Of a stretch of DNA of 64,000 bases, positions 30,405-40,041 are shown one piece after another (positions within the stretch are counted from its first letter, which is position 1; each line of letters opens with the position of its first letter). The stretch comes from Rhodocyclaceae bacterium (GTDB taxonomy: Bacteria > Pseudomonadota > Gammaproteobacteria > Burkholderiales > Rhodocyclaceae). Location: the NCBI GenBank assembly GCA_041678045.1, contig JBAYOV010000009.1, positions 3,579 to 67,578 of the forward strand, in the 5' to 3' direction. The notes under the pieces were generated by a model. The model searched no databases. It was not told the DNA's origin and worked only from the letters and a program-made list of their open reading frames with translations. The position numbers and the translations under genes were made by a program.

Positions 30405-31568
30405 TTACAGCGTGTGTGTCCTGTCACCCCGGACAAAGCCGGCCACCGGGCCGGCAACGCCCTTGCCCAATGCCAGAACCTTGAACAATTCGCCCATTTC
30501 CTGCGGCGTGGTCAGGCGCTGCACTGCGCGGGCGGCCCGGATGTAGTCCGGGCGGGTTTCATCGCCCCGGCGCGCCAGGCATTCGAGAATGCCGCAATTG
30601 AACAGGAAGGCGGCCTGGGTGGTGTAGCCCAGCACCTCGAAACCCGCCTCGAAGCCGGCCTCGGCCACGGCGGTGAAATCCACAAACGCCGTGATGTCGT
30701 TCAGGCCCGGCCACAGGAAGGGGTCGCCATGGGCGTGGTGGCGGTAGTAGCACAGCAGGGTGCCGCTGGCGCGCGAAGGCAGATAAAACTCGGACCGTGG
30801 ATACCCATAGTCGATCAGCAACAACGCGCCACGCTGCATGCACCGCGCCCACTCGGCCACCCAGGCACGCGCGGCCAGGCCGATTTCGGTCACATACTCC
30901 CCCTCGACCGGCTCGGGTAACTCAAGCGCCTGCGCGGCCTCCAGCACTGCCCCTTCGGTCGGCACATCGGCCCAGCGCAAAGCCCCGTCCGCATCCAGCG
31001 CCACGCCGCGCTCGAACAGCCCGCCCGCCCGCGACACCACCAGATGCACCGGCATCACATCGAGCACCTCGTTGGCCAGCACCACCCCGTCGAAGTGCTC
31101 CGGCAGCGTGTCCAGCCACACCACCCGATCGGCCAGATGCGGCACCTTCTCGGCCAGCGTCTGCGCCTGGCGTTCGCGCAGCTCCCCCGACACTTCCAGA
31201 ATCGCATAACGCCCGGGCAAACAGCCCAGCCGCTCCAACTCCAGCAGCAGATCGGCCGCGAGCAAGCCGGTGCCGGCACCGGCCTCGACCAGTTCGGTCA
31301 GCCCCTGCGACAACCACTGTGCCACCTGCACCGCCAGCGCCTGACCAAACAGCGGCGTAAGCTCCGGCGCGGTGATGAAATCCCCTGCCGGTCCGAACTT
31401 TCTGGCCCCCCCGCTGTAATAGCCCAGACCGGGCTCATACAGCACCTGCGACATGTAGTGCGCAAAGCTGATCCAGCCGCCTGCCGTGCGTACCGACTCG
31501 TGCAGCCGCTGGAGCAGGTGTTCGGACTGCGCGAGCGCATCGGCAGACGGGACGGGCAGGTGCTTCAT
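30405..31568 (-). CDS. Class I SAM-dependent methyltransferase, NDUFAF7/MidA (DUF185) family
   Basis: Starts MKHLPVPSADALAQ. Carries YEPGLGYYSGGARKFGPAGDFITAPE and ELVEAGAGTGLLAADLL motifs. Confidence 0.85.
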   Translation of the reverse strand: MKHLPVPSADALAQSEHLLQRLHESVRTAGGWISFAHYMSQVLYEPGLGYYSGGARKFGPAGDFITAPELTPLFGQALAVQVAQWLSQGLTELVEAGAGTGLLAADLLLELERLGCLPGRYAILEVSGELRERQAQTLAEKVPHLADRVVWLDTLPEHFDGVVLANEVLDVMPVHLVVSRAGGLFERGVALDADGALRWADVPTEGAVLEAAQALELPEPVEGEYVTEIGLAARAWVAEWARCMQRGALLLIDYGYPRSEFYLPSRASGTLLCYYRHHAHGDPFLWPGLNDITAFVDFTAVAEAGFEAGFEVLGYTTQAAFLFNCGILECLARRGDETRPDYIRAARAVQRLTTPQEMGELFKVLALGKGVAGPVAGFVRGDRTHTL

Positions 31569-31724
31569 GGGCGATTCGTTTTTCACACTCTTCACTTTCC
31601 ACTTTTCGTACAGGGGGAGACATCGGACAGGACGCCACAAGCCGGGCATGCGCCCCGCGTGGCGGTAGTATTCTATCGTGTCCGCTGCAACCTTCCGCCC
31701 GATCGACCCACCACAGACGCCACC

Positions 31725-32486
31725 ATGCTCCCACCCCCTGCCCGCCCCGATGCCCCCCCTGTCATGCTGGTCACCGGCGCCGCCCGCCGAGTCGGGGCCG
31801 CCATCGCCCGCGCCCTGCACGCCAGCGGCGCCCATGTGGTGCTGCACTACCGCAGTTCAGCCACACAGGCACAGGCCCTGGCCAACGCCTTGAATGCCCT
31901 GCGTACAGACTCCGCCTCGCTGGCGGCAGGCGACATTGCCGAGGACGGCGAGCCCGAACGTATCATCGAACACCTCATCGAGCGCCACGGCCGGCTGGAC
32001 GCCCTGGTCAACAACGCCTCCACCTTCTACCCCACCCCCATGGGCAGCATCGACCTGGCCGCCTGGCATGACCTGATCGGCTCCAACCTGAAGGGGCCGC
32101 TGTTCCTGTCGCAGGCGGCCGCCCCACACCTGCGGCGCCAGCTGGGCAGCATCGTAAACATCATCGACATCCACGCCGAACGCCCGCTCAAACATTACGC
32201 CACATATTGCACCGCCAAGGCCGGGCTGCTCGGCCTGACCCGCGCACTGGCCGTCGAGCTGTCGCCCGATGTGCGGGTCAACGGCATCGCCCCCGGCCCG
32301 ATCGAGTGGCCCGAAGACCAGCAGTTTTCCCCCGACGAGCGACAAGCCATCATCGCCCACACCCTGCTCAAGCGCGAAGGCCGCCCCGAAGACATCGCGC
32401 GCACGGCCCACTTCCTGGTCTGTGAGGCCCCCTACATCACCGGGCAGGTGATTGCCGTCGACGGCGGACGCAATGCTCACCTGTAA
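31725..32486 (+). CDS. Pteridine reductase / FolM-like short-chain dehydrogenase
   Basis: VTGAARRVGAAIARAL (TGxxxRxG typical of PTR1/FolM) and catalytic YCTAKAG. Alternative ATG at 31764. Confidence 0.82.
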   Translation: MLPPPARPDAPPVMLVTGAARRVGAAIARALHASGAHVVLHYRSSATQAQALANALNALRTDSASLAAGDIAEDGEPERIIEHLIERHGRLDALVNNASTFYPTPMGSIDLAAWHDLIGSNLKGPLFLSQAAAPHLRRQLGSIVNIIDIHAERPLKHYATYCTAKAGLLGLTRALAVELSPDVRVNGIAPGPIEWPEDQQFSPDERQAIIAHTLLKREGRPEDIARTAHFLVCEAPYITGQVIAVDGGRNAHL

Positions 32487-32570
32487 ATCACCCTCAACGC
32501 CCGACCAACCCTCTTCGCACATCGACCAGTCGCGCACTTTGGGCATTACGTCACAGGGCGTGACGACGTG

Positions 32571-33557
32571 ATGACGTATAATTCAACGATTTGCAACAGG
32601 ATATTGTCAGTGAACGCCGTGCCGGCCCCGATACCCGAGACTACCGAAAGCCGTTTTTCCAACACCTTCCTGCGCCTCAAGAAGAAGCTTGAGCGCGGGG
32701 TGGGCGAAGCGATCGCCGACTTCAACATGATCGAAGATGGCGATGTCGTCATGGCCTGCGTATCCGGCGGCAAGGACTCCTTCACCCTGCTGTCCTGCCT
32801 GCTGGCCCTGCGCGAGCGCGCACCGGTGGATTTCCGCATCATCGCGATGAACCTCGACCAGCGTCAGCCCGGCTTCCCGGCCGATGTGCTGCCGGCCTGG
32901 TTCGAGTCGATCGGCGTGGAATACCGCATCGTTACCGAAGACACCTACTCGATCGTCAAGGACAAGATCCCCGAGGGCAAGACCACCTGTTCGCTGTGCT
33001 CGCGGCTGCGCCGGGGCATCATCTACCGCACCGCGCGCGAACTGGGCGCCACCAAGATCGCGCTGGGACACCACCGCGACGACATGCTCGAGACCCTGTT
33101 CCTGAACCTGTTCTTTGGCGGACGCATCAAGGCCATGCCGCCCAAGCTGGTGAGCGACGATGGCAGCAACATCGTGATCCGTCCGCTGGCCTACTGCACC
33201 GAGAACGACATCGAGCGCTTCGCCCGGACGATGGCCTTCCCGATCATTCCCTGCAATCTGTGCGGTTCTCAGGAAAACGCCCAGCGCAAGCAGATCAAGG
33301 CCATGCTGCGTGGCTGGGCACGCGAGCATCCGGGGCGCATCGAGTCGATCGCCACTGCCCTGGCCAACGTGGTGCCCTCGCACCTGGCCGATTCGAGCCT
33401 GTTCGACTTTGTCGGCTTGAGCACTGCCAGCCCGCTGCACGACGGCGAGGGTGACATTGCCTTCGACCCCCAGCCCCTGCCCGCTGCCGAGCGGGGCGTG
33501 ATCAGCATCAGCCACCTGGGCGGAGAGCGGACCTTGAACGAACAGCAGACGGACTGA
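32571..33557 (+). CDS. ttcA: tRNA 2-thiocytidine(32) synthetase TtcA
   Basis: [37 protein letters not shown]-loop plus [10 protein letters not shown] and CNLCGSQ Fe-S cysteines. Start is uncertain: GTG 32568, ATG 32571, or GTG 32610 preceded by AGGA. Confidence 0.93.
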   Translation: MTYNSTICNRILSVNAVPAPIPETTESRFSNTFLRLKKKLERGVGEAIADFNMIEDGDVVMACVSGGKDSFTLLSCLLALRERAPVDFRIIAMNLDQRQPGFPADVLPAWFESIGVEYRIVTEDTYSIVKDKIPEGKTTCSLCSRLRRGIIYRTARELGATKIALGHHRDDMLETLFLNLFFGGRIKAMPPKLVSDDGSNIVIRPLAYCTENDIERFARTMAFPIIPCNLCGSQENAQRKQIKAMLRGWAREHPGRIESIATALANVVPSHLADSSLFDFVGLSTASPLHDGEGDIAFDPQPLPAAERGVISISHLGGERTLNEQQTD

Positions 33558-33711
33558 GCATCATGGTGGCAGCAGGACCACTCAAGCGAATACAAGCGTT
33601 CGCCCTGGGTGGCTCGACATGCTCACCACGCACGGCAGCATCACCGCGAGCGGTGGTGTTTCACGGTAACGCAAACCATCAAGCAACCAATCGGGTCATG
33701 CACGAGCGAAC

Positions 33712-34584
33712 ATGGGCGAAAAGAAAAACCTCTGCCTGATGGCAGTCGACATCATCGGCGCCGCCAGCCTGGACGCCGCCATCGGTGCGCTGGAAGCCAA
33801 GCATGCGGTCGATCGCGCAATGCGCCGGGTCGACCTGGCCGTCGAGGCCAACCGTGGCGAAGTGGCCAACCGCAACGACATCCGCGTGTGCGCCAGTTTC
33901 GAGCGCCCGGAGCTGGCGATGCTGGCCGCCTGCGAAATTCTCGACCGCATCCGCAACCTGCCGCCGCTGGCCGGCAAACGCCTGGGCACCCGCATCGGCA
34001 TTCACTACGGCGAAGTGGATGGCCAGACCAACGTGTGGGAGAGCGAAGCATGCAACATTGCCGGCCGGCTGATGCGGGCCGCAAAGGGCAATGAAGCCCT
34101 GGCCAGCGCTGCCGGCGTGATGCTGCTCCCACCGTCCCTGCGTCATCTTGCCGAACCGGAAAGCGAAACCCGTGCAGACCTGCTCGCCCTCGGTTTTCCG
34201 GTCTATTCGGTCGGCCGCAACAGCAGCGCCGTCATGTCCATCCCGCCCGCCACCCGCATTGGCAACAGGATGACGATCCGGCACCGGAACAAGACCATCA
34301 CGCTCGACGAGCACCGCCCGGTGCTGCTGCTCGGGCGCGAGATGGCCAACGACATCGTGATTGTCGATCCGCGCGCCTCCCGCCAGCACTGCCGCATCGA
34401 ATACCGTCAGGGCGGTTTCACCCTGATCGATTACAGCTCTAACGGCTGTTATGTGTTCGAAGACGGCAGCGAAGAAAGGCGAATCAGGCAGGGAGAAACC
34501 GCCATCGTCGGCCCCGGCCGCATCGGCTGCGGCTTCAGCGCCCACGATACGGACGGCGATCAGGTGCTCTTCGAACTGACCTGA
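33712..34584 (+). CDS. Cyclase-homology domain (class III nucleotidyl cyclase-like) fused to a C-terminal FHA domain
   Basis: N-terminal half has LMAVDIIGAASL, RIGIHYGEV and ACNIAGRLMRAA (CHD-like). C-terminal half has LLLGREMANDIVIVDPRASRQHCRIEY...FTLIDYSSNGCYV (FHA). Confidence 0.8.
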   Translation: MGEKKNLCLMAVDIIGAASLDAAIGALEAKHAVDRAMRRVDLAVEANRGEVANRNDIRVCASFERPELAMLAACEILDRIRNLPPLAGKRLGTRIGIHYGEVDGQTNVWESEACNIAGRLMRAAKGNEALASAAGVMLLPPSLRHLAEPESETRADLLALGFPVYSVGRNSSAVMSIPPATRIGNRMTIRHRNKTITLDEHRPVLLLGREMANDIVIVDPRASRQHCRIEYRQGGFTLIDYSSNGCYVFEDGSEERRIRQGETAIVGPGRIGCGFSAHDTDGDQVLFELT

Positions 34585-34637
34585 AACATGCTTGCCCGTG
34601 CCTGTAGCGGCCCTCCTCCCCGGACCCCGGACAAGGG

Positions 34638-35093
34638 ATGATCCCCTCCGGCGGCTTCTCCGGCTGGCTCCCGGACTGGCTGTCCAGCGGACTGTTTCCT
34701 GGCCCGGAAAGCGGACTGCTGGCGCTGTTCCTGTCCAGCTTTCTGTCCGCGACACTGCTTCCGGGCAGTTCAGAACTGGTACTGCTCGCCCTGCTCGCTG
34801 CCCACCCCGAGCAATGGCCCGCCGCACTGCTGCTGGCCACACTGGGCAACACCCTGGGAGGCATGAGCACCTACCTGCTCGCACGCCTGTTGCCCGCCCG
34901 CGCCGATCTGAGCCGACAGCACTGGGTCAGGCACCACGGCCCACCGGTGCTGCTGCTCTCCTGGCTGCCCGTGGTGGGCGACGGGCTGTGCGCAGCGGCC
35001 GGCTGGCTCCGGCTCAATCCGCTGAGCAGCCTGCTCTGGATGAGCGGTGGCAAGTTTCTGCGCTATGGCGTGCTGACCCTGCCCTTCCTGTAA
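34638..35093 (+). CDS. YqaA-family (DedA-related) membrane protein
   Basis: 151 aa with FLSSFLSATLLPGSSELVLLALL and four predicted TM segments. Confidence 0.8.
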   Translation: MIPSGGFSGWLPDWLSSGLFPGPESGLLALFLSSFLSATLLPGSSELVLLALLAAHPEQWPAALLLATLGNTLGGMSTYLLARLLPARADLSRQHWVRHHGPPVLLLSWLPVVGDGLCAAAGWLRLNPLSSLLWMSGGKFLRYGVLTLPFL

Positions 35094-35207
35094 TACCGGA
35101 CAACGCCCCACCGGCAGGAACCCCAGCGCGCACCTGCAGTCCCAATTGCAAATTTAGATATTCAAAATCAAAACCTTAAATCAGAAATGGTTTTAAACCT
35201 CACGTCT

Positions 35208-35220
35208 ATTGCGGCGCAAT
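35208..35220. promoter_or_regulatory. Perfect 13-bp palindrome ATTGCGGCGCAAT (candidate operator) next to a TACAAT -10 box
   Basis: Lies in the AT-rich 174-bp leader of the 1304-aa oxidoreductase gene. TACAAT at 35225-35230 is 38 nt upstream of the ATG. Confidence 0.35.
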
Positions 35221-35267
35221 AAGCTACAATTTGGAGCTTTTCCGCCGCTTGAGTATCGGAACACGCC

Positions 35268-38200
35268 ATGACCCAGCGCCTGCGAGAGATTCCCTACAAC
35301 TACACTTCGTTCTCGGACCGCGAGATCGTCATCCGCCTGCTCGGGCACGATGCATGGAACACCCTGCAGTCGCTGCGTGACGAACGGGTCACCGGCCGCT
35401 CTGCGCGCATGCTCTACGAGGTGCTGGGCGACATTTGGGTGGTGCAGCGCAACCCCTATCTGCAAGATGACCTGCTCGACAACCGCAACCGCCGCGATGC
35501 CCTGATCGACGCCTTGCGCCACCGCCTGAGCGAGGTGGAGAAGCGTCGTCAGGAAAGCGCCAGCGAAGACCCCGAGCGCAGCGCCAAGGTGGCGCAGTTG
35601 GTGCGGGCCGCCGAGCAATGCGTGCAAAGCTTCGCACGCTTCTTCGACGAAACGGCGGCCCTGCGCAAGCAGGCCCTGCGCGAACTGGTCCGGCACACCC
35701 ACAAGGACAACATCTGCTTCGATGGACATGCGCGCGTGTCGCATGTCACCGACGCCACCGACTGGCGGGTGGAGTACCCGTTTGTGGTGCTGTACCCCGA
35801 CACCGAGGACGAAATGGCTCCGCTGGTGCGGGCCTGCATCGAACTGGGGCTGACCATCATTCCGCGCGGAGGCGGCACCGGCTACACCGGCGGCGCCGTA
35901 CCGCTGGACGCACGCTCGGTCGTCATCAACACCGAAAAGCTCATCGATCTCGGCCCGGTCGAGGACACCCTCCTGCCCGGCCTGTCCGAAGCGGTGGCCA
36001 CCATCCGCACCGGTGCCGGCGTGGTCACCGACCGGGTGTCCGAAGCGGCGGCAGCGGCCGGCCGGGTGTTTGCGGTCGACCCCACCTCCGCCAGCGCTTC
36101 CTGTATCGGTGGCAACATCGCAATGAACGCAGGCGGCAAAAAGGCTGTCCTGTGGGGCACTGCGCTGGACAACCTCGCCTGGTGGAAAATGGTGACCCCC
36201 GATGGTGACTGGCTGGAAGTGGAGCGCCTCAATCACAACCTGGGCAAGATCCACGAGCAGCAGACCGTCGAGTTCCGGCTCAAGCGCTTCGACTCCAGCG
36301 GACACAAGCTGCTGTCCGAAGAAATGCTCTCCATGCCGGGCGCGCACTGCCGCAAGGACGGGCTGGGCAAGGACGTCACCGACAAATTCCTGGGGGGCGT
36401 GCCGGGCGTGCAGAAGGAAGGCACCGATGGCCTGATCGTGGCCGCGCGCTGGGTGCTGCACAAGATGCCCCCGGTGACCCGCACCGTCTGTCTCGAATTC
36501 TTTGGCCAGGTGCGCGAGGCCGTGCCGGCCATCGTCGAGATCACCGACTATTTCAAACCCGGCGGCGAAGGCCACAAGGCCGGGGTGCAGTTGGCCGGCC
36601 TTGAGCACCTGGACGAACGCTATGTGGCCGCCGTGGGGTACACCACCAAGGCGAAGCGGCACGGACGGCCCAAGATGGTGCTGATCGGTGACATCGTCGG
36701 CCATGACGAAGCCACGGTCATGAGCGCCGCCTCCGAGGTGGTGCGCATGTGCAACCTGCGCTCGGCCGAAGGCTTCATCGCCGCCTCGCCGGAACAGCGC
36801 AAGCGCTTCTGGCTGGACCGCTCGCGCACGGCGGCCATCTCGCGCCACACCAACGCCTTCAAGATCAACGAAGATGTGGTGATTCCGCTGCCGCGCATGG
36901 GCGATTACTGCGACGGCATCGAACGCATCAACATCGAGCTGTCGACCCAGAACAAGCTCGCGCTGTGCGACGCGCTGAGCGAATTCCTGCAGGGTGAGTT
37001 GCCGCTCAATCTGGCCGACGCCAGCCTGTCCCGCGACGAGATCATCGGCGACCGTCGCCAGGCGGCACTCGACTATGTCGCCATGGTGCGCCGCCGCTGG
37101 CAATGGCTGCTGGACAGTCTCGACATCCCGCTGGCCGAGGCCGAGCAGCACTTCGAAGCCTACGGCGTGCAGGCAGGCGAGCTCACCAACCGTGCCGACA
37201 ACCCGGTACTGTTCCACCGCTTGCAGGACTACTCCGTGCGGGTGTCGTGGAAGACCGAACTGCGCCCGCGCCTGGAAAAGATTTTCGACGGCCTGCTGTT
37301 CGCCCCGGTGCTCGAGCGCATCCGGGCCATCCATAAGGACGTGCTGCGTGGCCGGGTATTCGTGGCCCTGCACATGCATGCCGGCGACGGCAATGTGCAC
37401 ACCAACATCCCGGTCAACTCCGACAACTACGAGATGCTCGCCACCGCCAACCGCGCAGTTGACCGCATCATGGCGCTGGCCCGCTCGCTGGACGGGGTGA
37501 TTTCCGGCGAACACGGCATTGGCCTGACCAAGCTCGACTATCTCACCGACGACGAGATGGCCAGCTTCTGGACCTACAAGCAGAAGGTGGACCCGAAAGG
37601 CCACTTCAACCGTGGCAAGCTGATGCGCCGCTCCAGCCTGCCGGGGGTCTCGCCCGGCAACCTGGACAACGCCTACACCCCCAGCTTCAACCTGATGGGC
37701 CACGAATCGCTGATCATGGAGCAGACCGAGATCAGCGACATCGCGCACGACATCAAGGACTGCCTGCGCTGCGGCAAGTGCAAGCCGGTGTGCTCCACGC
37801 ATGTCCCGCGCGCCAACCTGCTGTACAGCCCGCGCAACAAGATTCTCAGCACCTCGCTGCTGATCGAAGCCTTCCTGTACGAAGAGCAGACCCGGCGGGG
37901 CGTGTCGCTGGCGCACTGGTCGGAATTCGAGGATGTAGCCGCACACTGCACGGTCTGCCACAAGTGCGAAAAGCCCTGCCCGGTCGACATCGACTTTGGC
38001 GACGTATCGATCAAGATGCGCAACCTGCTGCGCAAGCAGGGCAAGAAATCCTTCAACCCCGGCACGGCCGCTGCAATGGCCTTCCTCACCGCCAAGGATC
38101 CGGCCACGATCAAGCTCATTCGCAAGGGCATGATCGACTGGGGCTACAAGGCGCAGCGCCTGGGACACCGCATCGGCAAGTCGCTCGGCCTGATCCAGGA

Positions 38201-39182
38201 ACAGGTGCGCACCCCACCGGCCACCGTCGGCAAGCCGCCCCTGGTGTCACCCACGGTGAAGGCGCAGGTGATTCACTTCATCAACAAGCCGATGCCGGGC
38301 AACCTGCCCAAGCGCACCAGCCGCGCCCTGCTCGACATCGAGGACGACAAGATCATCCCGGTGATCCGCAATCCGCAACTGCGCCGCGACGAGTCGGACG
38401 CCGTTTTCTACTTCCCCGGTTGCGGCTCGGAGCGCCTGTTCAGCCAGGTGGGGCTGGCCACGCAGGCGATGCTCTACCATGTCGGCACCACCACCGTGCT
38501 GCCGCCGGGCTACCTGTGCTGCGGCTACCCGCAGACCTCGGCGGGCTTCGAGGACAAGGGCCAGCAGATCACCACCGACAACCGGGTGCTGTTTCATCGT
38601 GTTGCCAACACGCTGAACTATCTGGACATCAAGACTGTGGTGGTGTCCTGCGGCACCTGCCTGGACCAGCTCGAAAAGTATCAGTTCGAGAAGATCTTCC
38701 CCGGCTGCCGGCTGGTGGACATCCATGAATACCTGCTGGAGAAGGGCGTCAGGCTCGACGGTGTCACCGGCACCCGCTACATGTATCACGAGCCTTGCCA
38801 TACGCCGATGAAACACCACCAGGGCATCAAGGTGGCCAACGAGCTGATGGGCACCCGGGTCGACCTCTCCGACCGCTGCTGCGGCGAATCCGGTACGCTG
38901 GCAGTGAGCCGGCCGGACATCTCCACCCAGGTGCGCTTCCGCAAGCAGCAGGAAATCGAGAAAGGCGCGGCCGCACTGCGCGAGGACGCCCCGAACGCCG
39001 CCGTGAAGGTGCTCACCTCCTGCCCGAGCTGCCTGCAGGGTCTGTCACGCTACGCCAATGACGGCAATGTCGACGCCGACTACATCGTCATTGAAATGGC
39101 GCGCAAGATTCTGGGGGAGGACTGGATGCCCGACTATGTGGCCCGCGCCAACAACGGTGGCATCGAGCGGGTGCTGCTGTAA
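35268..39182 (+). CDS. DUF3683 + FAD-linked oxidase (GlcD-like) + 2x[4Fe-4S]/CCG-domain (GlcF/HdrB-like) fusion oxidoreductase
   Basis: 1304 aa. The N-terminus has [16 protein letters not shown] (DUF3683). The FAD PCMH domain has [16 protein letters not shown]. Ferredoxin motifs are [11 protein letters not shown] and [12 protein letters not shown]. There are two CCG motifs (FPGCGSE...CCGYP and YHEPCHTP...CCGESG). Confidence 0.9.
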   Translation: MTQRLREIPYNYTSFSDREIVIRLLGHDAWNTLQSLRDERVTGRSARMLYEVLGDIWVVQRNPYLQDDLLDNRNRRDALIDALRHRLSEVEKRRQESASEDPERSAKVAQLVRAAEQCVQSFARFFDETAALRKQALRELVRHTHKDNICFDGHARVSHVTDATDWRVEYPFVVLYPDTEDEMAPLVRACIELGLTIIPRGGGTGYTGGAVPLDARSVVINTEKLIDLGPVEDTLLPGLSEAVATIRTGAGVVTDRVSEAAAAAGRVFAVDPTSASASCIGGNIAMNAGGKKAVLWGTALDNLAWWKMVTPDGDWLEVERLNHNLGKIHEQQTVEFRLKRFDSSGHKLLSEEMLSMPGAHCRKDGLGKDVTDKFLGGVPGVQKEGTDGLIVAARWVLHKMPPVTRTVCLEFFGQVREAVPAIVEITDYFKPGGEGHKAGVQLAGLEHLDERYVAAVGYTTKAKRHGRPKMVLIGDIVGHDEATVMSAASEVVRMCNLRSAEGFIAASPEQRKRFWLDRSRTAAISRHTNAFKINEDVVIPLPRMGDYCDGIERINIELSTQNKLALCDALSEFLQGELPLNLADASLSRDEIIGDRRQAALDYVAMVRRRWQWLLDSLDIPLAEAEQHFEAYGVQAGELTNRADNPVLFHRLQDYSVRVSWKTELRPRLEKIFDGLLFAPVLERIRAIHKDVLRGRVFVALHMHAGDGNVHTNIPVNSDNYEMLATANRAVDRIMALARSLDGVISGEHGIGLTKLDYLTDDEMASFWTYKQKVDPKGHFNRGKLMRRSSLPGVSPGNLDNAYTPSFNLMGHESLIMEQTEISDIAHDIKDCLRCGKCKPVCSTHVPRANLLYSPRNKILSTSLLIEAFLYEEQTRRGVSLAHWSEFEDVAAHCTVCHKCEKPCPVDIDFGDVSIKMRNLLRKQGKKSFNPGTAAAMAFLTAKDPATIKLIRKGMIDWGYKAQRLGHRIGKSLGLIQEQVRTPPATVGKPPLVSPTVKAQVIHFINKPMPGNLPKRTSRALLDIEDDKIIPVIRNPQLRRDESDAVFYFPGCGSERLFSQVGLATQAMLYHVGTTTVLPPGYLCCGYPQTSAGFEDKGQQITTDNRVLFHRVANTLNYLDIKTVVVSCGTCLDQLEKYQFEKIFPGCRLVDIHEYLLEKGVRLDGVTGTRYMYHEPCHTPMKHHQGIKVANELMGTRVDLSDRCCGESGTLAVSRPDISTQVRFRKQQEIEKGAAALREDAPNAAVKVLTSCPSCLQGLSRYANDGNVDADYIVIEMARKILGEDWMPDYVARANNGGIERVLL

Positions 39183-39231
39183 GCCTCACCCAACAGCACT
39201 CACCGCACGCTTCGGCGGCCCTGCCCGACGC

Positions 39232-40041
39232 TCAGTCCGGCAGGGCTTCGTCCGGGTAAAGGCGCTGCCACAGCGCCCGCAGGGCCGAAGCCGCGCCGCT
39301 GCGCAGGTGATGATCCACCACCTGGCTGATGGTGGTGCGCTCAGGGTTGATCTCCACCGTGGGAATGCCGTTCTGGTGTGCCCACACCACCGGCCCGGCA
39401 ATATAGGCAAACACGCTGGTGGTGCCCACCGACACCACCAGATCCACCCCCGCGTTCAGAATCGCCTCCAGTTGCGCCATTTCGCGCTCGGGCAGCATCT
39501 CGCCGAACAGCACCACATCGGGCCGCAACAGGCTGCCGCACACCGGACACTCCGGGGGCAGCTTCAGGCCAGCATAGCTTTGCACATCGCGCGCATGGTG
39601 GCACTCGGTGCAGCGCAGGCGGTGAATCCGTCCATGCACCTCGATCAGGTGCTGCGAGCCGGCCTCCCGGTGCAGGCCATCCACATTCTGGGTCAGCACG
39701 AACAGTTCGGGCTTGCGCCGTTCCAGCGCAGCAATCACCTTGTGCGCATCGTTCGGCCGCGCATCGCGGCAATTCGCCTCGATCTCGCTGATGTATTTCC
39801 AGGTCAGCTCCGGCCTGTGTGCCAGCATCGCCCCCGACAGGGCCTCCTCAATGCTCAGGCCATCATCGGTGAGGCGTTCCTGATACAGGCCGCCCACACC
39901 GCGATACGTGGGCAGCCCCGAGTCGGCCGAAATGCCCGCACCGGTGATGAACAGGATGCGCGATGCCCGCTCGATGCACTGCGCCACCCCGTCCAGCGTG
40001 CTTTCCAGCGTGTGCGCTGGCTCATGTTCCCTGGCATCCAT
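39232..40041 (-). CDS. cobB: NAD-dependent protein deacylase (sirtuin, CobB type)
   Basis: FITGAGISADSGLPTYRG, TQNVDGLH, catalytic EVHGRIHRLRC, and Zn ribbon CTECHH...CPVCG. Start at MDAREHEP overlaps the upstream gene by 20 nt. Confidence 0.9.
   Translation of the reverse strand: MDAREHEPAHTLESTLDGVAQCIERASRILFITGAGISADSGLPTYRGVGGLYQERLTDDGLSIEEALSGAMLAHRPELTWKYISEIEANCRDARPNDAHKVIAALERRKPELFVLTQNVDGLHREAGSQHLIEVHGRIHRLRCTECHHARDVQSYAGLKLPPECPVCGSLLRPDVVLFGEMLPEREMAQLEAILNAGVDLVVSVGTTSVFAYIAGPVVWAHQNGIPTVEINPERTTISQVVDHHLRSGAASALRALWQRLYPDEALPD

Noticed and set aside
35193-38168. 991-aa ORF on the minus strand, the longest antisense ORF in the window
   Set aside because: It lies exactly antisense to the 1304-aa FAD/Fe-S oxidoreductase, whose sense frame carries clear FAD, ferredoxin and CCG motifs. 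The antisense product is a low-complexity A/G/R/V/H/D/Q string with no motifs. Stop-free antisense frames are expected in DNA this GC-rich.
39232-40041. Sirtuin as a candidate anti-phage SIR2 effector (Thoeris/DSR-type)
   Set aside because: It is a compact 269-aa CobB-type deacylase with a complete Zn ribbon and NAD pocket. It has no fused sensor domain and no ThsB/TIR-type or other defence partner, and it sits in a housekeeping context.
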